A stretch of DNA of 63,990 nt, the filler included, from an uncultured Myxococcia bacterium (lineage in GTDB: Bacteria; CAZTWC01), in the NCBI GenBank assembly GCA_964617105.1. It is 3 parts of 3 records of this genome, joined end to end, with 100 filler letters (N's around TTAATTAATTAA, not from the genome) between each part and the next. Parts side by side here need not be neighbours in the genome. Positions count along the whole stretch, not along the records: positions 27,404 to 54,592 come from CAZTWC010000015.1; 2 more parts are not named here. One strand, 5' to 3'. The position numbers and the translations under genes are program-made. Positions 32,297-40,445 of the stretch are shown here, piece after piece; the stretch's first letter is position 1; the number at the start of each line of letters is the position of its first letter. Below the pieces are notes generated by a model. That model was not told where the DNA came from, ran no database searches, and saw only the letters and a program-made list of their open reading frames with translations.

Positions 32297-34085
32297 CTTC
32301 GATCTCAGAGGCATATTTTTTTTCAATTATCCTTCTCTTCACCTTTTGAGTTGGAGTCAATTCTCCGGTTTGCTGAGTCCATTCCGCTTCTAACAGGATA
32401 AATTTTTTCACTTGTTCCACCCTGGAAAAATGGCTGGTGTGTTCTTCGATTTCAGCAGCAATAAACTCCTTTATTTCTTTGAGTTCAATAAGATCACGGT
32501 TATTAGAAAAACGCAATTTTTTGTTTTTTGCCCAAAGGTGCAGTTTTTCAAAATTGGGTATTACCAGGGCGGTCAAATAGTTCTTATTATCACCGAGAAC
32601 CGCTACCTGCTCAATTAATGCAGAAAATTTTAAACAGTTTTCGATATTTTGGGGCGAGATATTTTTCCCGCCGGAAGTGACGATAATATCTTTGATTCTG
32701 CCAGTTATAGTTAGACATCCATTTTGATCAATAGAGCCAATATCACCGGTTTTAAAATAACCGTCTTCGGTCATAACCTCATCGGTACTTTGTTGATCAT
32801 GGTAATATCCCTGCATCACCTGGGGACCTTTGACCAGCACCTCTCCATGATCATCGAGTTTGGCCAGGGTGTCTTTGACCGGTCTGCCTACCGAACCGGG
32901 AACAATTTCGCCGATCCGGTTTACATGAACAACCGGGCTGGTTTCAGTAAGGCCAAATCCCTCCAGAATAACAATCCCCATACCCAGGAAAAACTCGGCG
33001 TCAGCCGCCGCCAGAGGAGCGCCGCCAGATACAGAGTGTTTTAGCCGATCCATGCCCAGAGCATCTTTAATCTTGGAGAAGATCAGTTTGTCGGCCAGCA
33101 TATACTCAAACTTGAATAGACCTTTGGGAGATTTATTTTGGCAAACATTGGGTAAATTTTTAGCGGCAATTTTCAGCGCCCAGTTGAACAGAAAACGCTT
33201 TAAAGGCGGTGCGGCAGCAGTTTTGGCCATAATAGTGGCTCTAACTTTTTCATAGATTCTGGGCACACTAACCATAAAAGTGGGACGCACCATTCTCAAA
33301 TCCCGACGAAGGGTGGATAGGTCTTCGGCAAACACCACTTTGACTCTGGCAGAGATCGGCAGGTAGTAGCCCACCAACCTTTCAAGCGAATGAGAGAGAG
33401 GGAGAAAAGATAACATCACCTGTTCCTGTTCCAGGATCTCTCTAAAGTCGGTGTGGATTTGAGCGATATTGGCCATCAGGTTGCCATGACTTAACATTAC
33501 CCCTTTGGGATCGCCGGTGGTACCGGATGTATACATAATGGTGGCCAGGTGGCTGGATTCCACCTCCCGCAAGCGATCATCAAACCGGTTCTTATTTTGA
33601 GAATTCGCCCCATTTTTTAAGGCTTCTGACCAGGAGGCTACATTTTTACTCGCAGGCTCATCATCCTGAAAACTGATAATTGATTGCAGTTTATCTACAC
33701 TCTCTTTAATGGTCAGCACTTTTTTCAAATGCTCGTTTTGTCCGGCAAAACAGATTTTAGTCCCCGAATGTTTGAGCACATAGCGCAATTCCTCTTCAGT
33801 ATTGGTGGAATAGACCGGAACATTAACCGCTCCCAGGCTTAAAATTGCCTGGTCAGCTACCCACCATTGAAAGCAGTTGTTAGAAAATATGGCTATACGA
33901 TCTCCCTTTTTTACCTCCAGGGAGTCAAGGTAGAGAGCCAATCTACGGATCATAGAGTTCATCTCTTGCCAGGAGATATCCTGGAATACTTTTCCTTTTT
34001 TATAGGCGACACAGGCTTTGTTGCCGTATTTTTGCGCCTGGTTCTGGAATATGGCGGGCAATGACTTCTCTTCAAATATTTCCAT
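32283..34085 (-). CDS. Long-chain fatty acid--CoA ligase (AMP-binding)
   Basis: YTSGTTGDPKGVML, EGFGLTET, FKTGDIG, GRIKDIIVTSGGKNISP. Confidence 0.92.
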   Translation of the reverse strand: MEIFEEKSLPAIFQNQAQKYGNKACVAYKKGKVFQDISWQEMNSMIRRLALYLDSLEVKKGDRIAIFSNNCFQWWVADQAILSLGAVNVPVYSTNTEEELRYVLKHSGTKICFAGQNEHLKKVLTIKESVDKLQSIISFQDDEPASKNVASWSEALKNGANSQNKNRFDDRLREVESSHLATIMYTSGTTGDPKGVMLSHGNLMANIAQIHTDFREILEQEQVMLSFLPLSHSLERLVGYYLPISARVKVVFAEDLSTLRRDLRMVRPTFMVSVPRIYEKVRATIMAKTAAAPPLKRFLFNWALKIAAKNLPNVCQNKSPKGLFKFEYMLADKLIFSKIKDALGMDRLKHSVSGGAPLAAADAEFFLGMGIVILEGFGLTETSPVVHVNRIGEIVPGSVGRPVKDTLAKLDDHGEVLVKGPQVMQGYYHDQQSTDEVMTEDGYFKTGDIGSIDQNGCLTITGRIKDIIVTSGGKNISPQNIENCLKFSALIEQVAVLGDNKNYLTALVIPNFEKLHLWAKNKKLRFSNNRDLIELKEIKEFIAAEIEEHTSHFSRVEQVKKFILLEAEWTQQTGELTPTQKVKRRIIEKKYASEIEAMYS

Positions 34086-34136
34086 TTATATCTCCCTTTT
34101 TCTCTTTAATTCCCGGCATTTTAATGCCGGGTTGAA

Positions 34137-35555
34137 TTACAGGTCAAAATAGAGTTCATACTCAGCCGGATGGGGTATTTGGTGCACCAGGGCGATTTCG
34201 GTTTCCCTTTTAATTTTAAGCCAGGAATCGATCAGCTCATCAGGGAATACCTCTCCCTGAGTTAAAAATTGCCGGTCCTGAGACAACTCATTCAGGGCGG
34301 CGTCAAAGGTTACCGGGATATCGCGCATTTTTTCCAACTTATCTGGCGACAGTTCAAATACATTAATATCATAAGGTCCGTATCCCATTGCTGAGGGGTC
34401 CATTGCTTTGGTTATGCCATCCAGGCCGGCCATCAGTTGAGCGGCCATAATCAGGTAGGGATTGGCAGTAGCATCGGGCAGACGATATTCCACCCGGCAT
34501 TCCTGGGGATTGAGAGCGTATCCCGGGATCCGCAAGGCGGAAGAACGGTTGGATAGACCATAAAATAGTTTTATGGGCGCCGACTGGTTGGGGGAAAAAC
34601 GGCGGTAGGAGTTGGTGCTGGCATTGCCCAACCCCATCAAGGCAGGAGTATGATGAAGTTGTCCGGCCAGGTAACTTAGCGCCATTTTGCTAAGGTTGGC
34701 GTATCCATGAGTGTCGTAGAATAACGATTTTTCTCCATTACTTATATACTGATGGTAATGGGTACTGTTGCCAGCATGATCGGGGAGTGGCTTGGGCATA
34801 AAGGTTGCAAGTTTACCGTACTGCAAGGCGATATTTTTAATAAAATACCTCATTAGCATAATGCTGTCGGCTGTTTTTACCGGTGTATCAAACAGCACTT
34901 CTATTTCCATTTGGCCTGGAGAACCGAGTTCATGATGGTGGTATTTAATTTTAATGCCCACCTTTTCCATCTGCTCTACCATATCCTCCCGTAATTCATT
35001 GAAGCGATCCAGCGGCTGATCAATCTGACCGGATTTATTCGCAGAGATTTTATATAGAGGAGTGTCGCTTTCACCCCAACCCACCCCGTGCGATTCAACC
35101 GACCAGTAGCAACTGTGGGGCATGGAGCCATAATCTGCATTATCAAACAGGTAGAACTCCATCTCCGGGCTAAATAAGGCCTGGCCGCCTAAGTTCATTT
35201 TCTCCAGGAATTTTTCCGCTTTTTCAAGTACATAACGGGGGTCTCGTATATAACGGTCTCCTTCATTGGTGTGCATATTACAGATAAAAGAGAGGGTCTT
35301 ACGGGTAAAAAACGGGTCGATAAAAGCGGTGGAGATATCGGGTATAATTTTCATATCGCCACTCTCCACTGTGCGGTATCCCGGATAGGGAGAGAGGCTG
35401 GTGCCGGTACCCTCATTAAACAGTTTTTCTGATAATTGGCTGGTGCAGTAGGTCATACGACGCCAGCGACCCACCAAATCCAAAACTTTAACGTCAAGTT
35501 GCTGGACCTGATGTTTCTTTATATATTCCATTACCTGGTTGATAGTGCTGAACAT
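34137..35555 (-). CDS. Glutamine synthetase type I-like ligase with non-canonical ammonium site
   Basis: Full GSI-beta architecture (EMEF, HHHE, GQME, FMPKP, NRS..RIP, EYR.PD..NPY), but FDGSS is TSLSP and YEAP is QSAP. Confidence 0.85.
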   Translation of the reverse strand: MFSTINQVMEYIKKHQVQQLDVKVLDLVGRWRRMTYCTSQLSEKLFNEGTGTSLSPYPGYRTVESGDMKIIPDISTAFIDPFFTRKTLSFICNMHTNEGDRYIRDPRYVLEKAEKFLEKMNLGGQALFSPEMEFYLFDNADYGSMPHSCYWSVESHGVGWGESDTPLYKISANKSGQIDQPLDRFNELREDMVEQMEKVGIKIKYHHHELGSPGQMEIEVLFDTPVKTADSIMLMRYFIKNIALQYGKLATFMPKPLPDHAGNSTHYHQYISNGEKSLFYDTHGYANLSKMALSYLAGQLHHTPALMGLGNASTNSYRRFSPNQSAPIKLFYGLSNRSSALRIPGYALNPQECRVEYRLPDATANPYLIMAAQLMAGLDGITKAMDPSAMGYGPYDINVFELSPDKLEKMRDIPVTFDAALNELSQDRQFLTQGEVFPDELIDSWLKIKRETEIALVHQIPHPAEYELYFDL

Positions 35556-35629
35556 TTGGTGTCTCCTTGATGGTAGTTTCTGTTATAATTTTTATACGCA
35601 ATATTTTGAGCGAACCCTTAGGATGCAAA

Positions 35630-36496
35630 TCAGACCAGATTAAAATAGCCGGCATCCACATTATAATAATCCACTCCTTTAAGATGGTTAAAATTATCGG
35701 CCTGATTATTAAGGTAAAAAGTTTCCATTTCGGCCCACACTTTTTGAATAGCCGACAGGTAATAGGCTGGAACCGGCCAGGGATTTAACACCCCGGCAGA
35801 TGGATAGTCTCCCAATAGATCCAATAGTTGGGCTGTTGGCCAAATCAGGCCCCTGTGCACCAATTTACGGAAGATACCGCCTCCAGTTAGTTTGCCGGAA
35901 ATATCCCAGAGTATGGGGAACAAACGGGTTAATTTTATATAGTTTTTTACCGCCTTTTTCCAAGATGATGGTTTAAAATGTATTGAACCACCAACCCTGT
36001 CTAACCCTTCAGCCAGTAATGATGGACTAATCTGTTCCACATAATTGGCAATCTGATTGATGCAATCTGGCATTTCGGCCAGGTTTCTTTTTAAGAGTAA
36101 ACAGTCGATTCCCCATTCCAGACTGTGATGAGCCAGGACCGCATCTTCAACCGGCAGGGCGTGATTTCTTTTTCCGAAAAGTATAAGTCCGCAAAGAACA
36201 TTGATTAGACGATGAACATAGATATCGCTGATCAGGTGAAGATACCACCCCAGGGCAAATTCTTGTTTTATGGGATGGTCGGTTGCCTGGGCTAGAAAGT
36301 TTGCCGCCAATTCAAAGGCCTGGCTAGAATGGCAAAAAAGGGGCAGGTTTTTTTGGCCGCCTGGATAGAATCCTATATCGGGTCCAATGGAACCTGCCAA
36401 AAAAGCAGGAAAAAGATAATTATCCGGTTTTTGGCCGGGAAATCTTTTTTGCCAGATATCTTTTGCCATGGCAAAATGCCAGAAAGTAGCAGCCAT
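35630..36496 (-). CDS. Zinc-dependent phospholipase C family protein
   Basis: N-terminal H, GSIGPD, H, GWYLHLISD..H, H..LE..D Zn-ligand pattern. Confidence 0.75.
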   Translation of the reverse strand: MAATFWHFAMAKDIWQKRFPGQKPDNYLFPAFLAGSIGPDIGFYPGGQKNLPLFCHSSQAFELAANFLAQATDHPIKQEFALGWYLHLISDIYVHRLINVLCGLILFGKRNHALPVEDAVLAHHSLEWGIDCLLLKRNLAEMPDCINQIANYVEQISPSLLAEGLDRVGGSIHFKPSSWKKAVKNYIKLTRLFPILWDISGKLTGGGIFRKLVHRGLIWPTAQLLDLLGDYPSAGVLNPWPVPAYYLSAIQKVWAEMETFYLNNQADNFNHLKGVDYYNVDAGYFNLV

Positions 36497-36651
36497 AATA
36501 AATTACCAGTTGCAAATCAAAAATACAAATTGTGAACCAACAACAGTGAACATTAAACCTATCAATAAAACTTGATTTTATCAATAAATAATGATAAATT
36601 TTATAGGTTTGTATTAATTTTAACACCAACCTGTAAATAAGGGGTTTTGAT

Positions 36652-39600
36652 ATGTATCAGGCAAAAAAATACTTAGATAAAAAATCAATTCTCATCCTAT
36701 CTTTATTGCTATTGGTTTTGGCGGTAGGCTGCGGCGATAGTGGAGGTGACGACCCAGAAAAATCTAGCAAAGATGCCGGCGTGGAGTGTGTGTCCCATGC
36801 AGAATGTGGTGAAGGAAAAATTTGCCAGGAGAACAAGTGTGAAGACCGGCCCATCGGTTACTGTGAAAAAAAGGAGGAGTGTACGGTTGGGGAGGAGTGT
36901 ATAAACAACAGTTGCCAAAAAATTATTAAGTGCCGCAATGATAATGATTGCAAAGATAAGCCCCTCAAAGGATGCAATACCACTTCGGGCAAGTGTGAGT
37001 GGGAATGCGCAGTAGATGAACATTGCTCTAAGGGTTTTTGCAACTTTGAAGATAAAAAGTGTGAAGATGGAACCAGGTGTAAAGCCGATGCAGACTGTAA
37101 AGACCAGGAAAATAAAGGATGTAATGTTACCAGCGGTAAGTGCGCGTGGGAATGCTCGGTAGATCAACACTGCACTGGTGGCAAATGTCATCCCTACGAA
37201 CATACCTGTATCTTTGGCGAAAAGTGTCTCAACGATGCTGATTGCGCCACAATGCCGTTAATGGGATGTAATACCAAGTCAGGCAAATGTGAGTGGGAGT
37301 GTACTGAAGGAAAACATTGCCCCTCAGGTAATTGTGATCAGGAAAAACATCTCTGTAACAAATTAGTTGAATGCAAAAGTGACAATGACTGTAAAGACCA
37401 ACCCAAAAAAGCCTGCGACCCGGCTCAGAAAAAATGTTTGTGGGAGTGTTCCAATAATGCCATGTGTAAAGGTGTAACCTGCAACCTTAAGACCCACGAG
37501 TGCCAAACCGAGGTTATTTGTAAAAGCGATAATGACTGCGCTAATATGAAGTTTAAAGTGTGCAATGGCACCACTGGTAAATGTGAGTGGGAATGCCGTG
37601 ATGATGCCGGTTGTCTTTCCGGCGTTTGCGACAAAACCAGCCACATGTGTAAAACCGGAGTAACCTGCAAGGCTGATATGGATTGCCAGGGCTCTGCCAA
37701 AAAAGGGTGCAATCCTGCCACTAGCCAGTGTGAGTGGGAGTGCAGCAACGGTAGCCACTGTAGTTCGGGAAAATGTGATTTGGTGTCCCACACCTGCCAT
37801 ACCGCAAAAACTTGCGCCAAAGATGATGATTGTAAGGGAGAAACAAAGTTAGGTTGCAATACCACTACAAAACGTTGCGAATGGGATTGTAATTTAGATT
37901 CTCACTGCACCAATGGAACTTGTAATCCTACCACCCATAACTGCAGGCCTGAAAAAGGGTGTAGCGATTGCAAGGCGGATGAGTTCTGCTTTAATAAGGA
38001 TTTTTGCGCTCCCCGGCCTTTTGCCTGCAACGATGATAACGACTGTTCTACTCAGCAAAAGTGTCTAACTATGGTGGAGAAGAAATATTGCTGGAACCAG
38101 TGCGACACCACCAAGAATATCTCTACCGATGACCAGCGTAACCCGTCTTGTTATGGAGGGATGGGATGGTGTCTGCCTTATGATGACACCGACACCTCCA
38201 AAGGTGTTTGTGTGTTTTCTGTGGCTAATATACGGACCAAGAATCAAAAGTGCCTGCATGGTGTCCCTTTTGAGGATTCCTGGCATGCTTGTGAGAGCGA
38301 TTATACTTGTGTAAAAGTAAGCCAATACAGCAATGATGCTTTTTGTTGGAACAACTGCGATGTCAATAAAACCGGTGCTTTCGGCCTCAATCCCGATTGT
38401 GATTCTGGTCAGGGTAAATGTGTTGAATTGATAAGTGTCAGTGGACAGACCCCAGTGGGCGCCTGTGAACCTCTGCGGGAAAAGAAAAATGCCAAAGATG
38501 CAAAATGCAATACTGGTTATGATCCCAGTAAACCGGAATATTTTGACTGTGCTGCCGGACTTACCTGTCACTACAGCAAATGTGCGGAAGAGCGCAAACC
38601 GGTTTGCAACGAATTGGATCAGTGTGAGGGAAGCAGCCCCACTGCCGCAGATTGGTGTAAATGTAAGCCCGGGTTTATTTGCCTGAACCATACTTGTGCC
38701 AAAGAGAGAACTTTAACCCAAAAAGAGGGGCAAAGATGCGATACTCTTAATTTTGGCAAACCTGATTACAACTCCTGTGAGGCTGGTTTAAAATGTATTA
38801 AAAATTCGTGTCTGAAAACCTGTGATCCCACCTTGACGCCACCTGCCTGTGGAAAAGAGCAGATTTGTCAAAAATTGGCTGGTGGAGCAGCCAATGCCGG
38901 GGTTTGTCAAAATATCAGCCTGTTAACCTGCAAGCGTGACCCCAGTGATGTCAACAAGAGTGATTGTCCGGCTAATTTCTATTGCTTTAAATTCAACTGG
39001 TCTTATAATTGCGTAAAATCCTGTGACCCCTCTTCAACTGCTCCGGGTTGTGTCCAGGATTATACCTGCCGCCCCTTTGATATAAACGATGCAAAAAAGG
39101 GTTACTGTATTCCTGACCGGTTAAACAATTACAATCGTCTGAATGATACCTGCCATTCTTCCGATCCCTTGGACTTAGATTACCACGGTTGTGAACCGCC
39201 TTACGAATGTGTTTCTTCAAACTGCCGGGAGCCCTTGCCTAAAACCCAGGGACAGGGAGAAGTGTGCGATACCTCCTCAAAAGGTTGCCAGGCTGGTCTC
39301 ATCTGTCTATTACCCGGCCGGGATTATACTGCCCAAGATATCTGTATGAAACAGTGTAACCCATATCAGAGTGGCCAATGCGATTCCGGAGAGGTCTGCC
39401 AAGTCGAGCAGGAAAACAAGTTCTATTGGAGCGCCGGGTGTTATAAGGAGAGAAAAGAGATCCTGGACAATGGAAGCCAGTGTAAATGCACTGATCCTAC
39501 CAAACCCTGCTATGACCTATGCAAACCAAACTTGACTTGCCACAAGTATGTGGATGAATATTCAACCTGTGTGGTGGAATGTGACCCGGCTCAAAATGAT

Positions 39601-40272
39601 GTTAATACTGGTTTAAACTCAGTATGCCAGACTGATGAAACTTGTGATAAATACAAGAACTGTTTGAAATTGATCAATTCAACCCAACCAACTGGCCAGC
39701 AGTGCAAAATGAAAGATCCCCGTTTGCCCACCTATCATGACTGCCAAACCGGAAACTATTGCGTGGAATTTGGTGACTCGTCCAACCCTGATAACTGGTG
39801 CCATCAAACCTGTGATCCTATAAATCCTCAGTGTTCGGCTGGATATGTATGCGCTAATGCAGAAACTGACGAATATTGCGCCAATGATGCTGATTGCGCG
39901 GTTGGACAGAAATGTTTACTTGGGGAAGATAGTTATTACAAGGTTTGCCACGTAAACATTTGTCAGAAGATCAGGCAGAACACCCAGAAAGAGTTTCAAA
40001 AATGCCAGACCACCGATTCTACCAAACCTGAATACAATGACTGTGAAGCGGGATTTGTCTGCTCAGGTTATCAATACAAATCTACTAAAGACAAATATTG
40101 CCTGAAAAAATGCCAGGTAGGCGGCACCGGCTGCGCTACTGGATTTGCATGCTCCTCATTTTCCTATAGCGGAGATAATGTCTGTATCCAGTCCTGCACC
40201 CAAAAAGCAGAGTGCATTAACTATGGTAGTGAGTGTGAGCGGGCGTATGGAAGCCAATACGTCTGCCACTAA
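36652..40272 (+). CDS. Large cysteine-rich repeat lipoprotein (1206 aa)
   Basis: Hydrophobic signal with lipobox LAVG-C; 7 tandem 49-aa 8-Cys repeats followed by a second Cys-repeat type. Confidence 0.85.
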   Translation: MYQAKKYLDKKSILILSLLLLVLAVGCGDSGGDDPEKSSKDAGVECVSHAECGEGKICQENKCEDRPIGYCEKKEECTVGEECINNSCQKIIKCRNDNDCKDKPLKGCNTTSGKCEWECAVDEHCSKGFCNFEDKKCEDGTRCKADADCKDQENKGCNVTSGKCAWECSVDQHCTGGKCHPYEHTCIFGEKCLNDADCATMPLMGCNTKSGKCEWECTEGKHCPSGNCDQEKHLCNKLVECKSDNDCKDQPKKACDPAQKKCLWECSNNAMCKGVTCNLKTHECQTEVICKSDNDCANMKFKVCNGTTGKCEWECRDDAGCLSGVCDKTSHMCKTGVTCKADMDCQGSAKKGCNPATSQCEWECSNGSHCSSGKCDLVSHTCHTAKTCAKDDDCKGETKLGCNTTTKRCEWDCNLDSHCTNGTCNPTTHNCRPEKGCSDCKADEFCFNKDFCAPRPFACNDDNDCSTQQKCLTMVEKKYCWNQCDTTKNISTDDQRNPSCYGGMGWCLPYDDTDTSKGVCVFSVANIRTKNQKCLHGVPFEDSWHACESDYTCVKVSQYSNDAFCWNNCDVNKTGAFGLNPDCDSGQGKCVELISVSGQTPVGACEPLREKKNAKDAKCNTGYDPSKPEYFDCAAGLTCHYSKCAEERKPVCNELDQCEGSSPTAADWCKCKPGFICLNHTCAKERTLTQKEGQRCDTLNFGKPDYNSCEAGLKCIKNSCLKTCDPTLTPPACGKEQICQKLAGGAANAGVCQNISLLTCKRDPSDVNKSDCPANFYCFKFNWSYNCVKSCDPSSTAPGCVQDYTCRPFDINDAKKGYCIPDRLNNYNRLNDTCHSSDPLDLDYHGCEPPYECVSSNCREPLPKTQGQGEVCDTSSKGCQAGLICLLPGRDYTAQDICMKQCNPYQSGQCDSGEVCQVEQENKFYWSAGCYKERKEILDNGSQCKCTDPTKPCYDLCKPNLTCHKYVDEYSTCVVECDPAQNDVNTGLNSVCQTDETCDKYKNCLKLINSTQPTGQQCKMKDPRLPTYHDCQTGNYCVEFGDSSNPDNWCHQTCDPINPQCSAGYVCANAETDEYCANDADCAVGQKCLLGEDSYYKVCHVNICQKIRQNTQKEFQKCQTTDSTKPEYNDCEAGFVCSGYQYKSTKDKYCLKKCQVGGTGCATGFACSSFSYSGDNVCIQSCTQKAECINYGSECERAYGSQYVCH
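36931..37959 (+). repeat. Seven tandem 147-bp coding repeats (CxxDxDC...C..CxWEC...C...C...C)
   Basis: Repeats start CRND, CKAD, CLND, CKSD, CKSD, CKAD, CAKD at exact 49-codon spacing. Confidence 0.9.
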
Positions 40273-40396
40273 TCCCGGAACGGTTTTCCGTTTAACCTGC
40301 CGCTTTAAAATTGTCCTCGACGTATTAGCATACGCCTGCGGGAATTTTATTCCCTGCGCCTAGTTGGTGGAGCGCCTCCGCATTCTAATCCCGGAA
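40269..40396. repeat. Palindromic element flanked by 12-bp direct repeats (MITE/REP-like)
   Basis: CTAATCCCGGAA at 40269-40280 and 40385-40396; core CTCGACGTATTAGCATACGCCTGCG resembles 13976-14001. Confidence 0.65.
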
Positions 40397-40445
40397 TTGT
40401 ATTTTGTCTAACCTTATTTGTGCGAATTAATTTTTGAGCGAGCCC

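Noticed and set aside
36572-36584. FNR-like box TTGAT...ATCAA
   Set aside because: Spacer is 3 nt rather than the required 4
36931-37959. Periodic TGTGAGTGGGA(G/A)TG DNA motif resembling a repeat array
   Set aside because: Explained by the coding CEWEC protein repeat at 147-bp period
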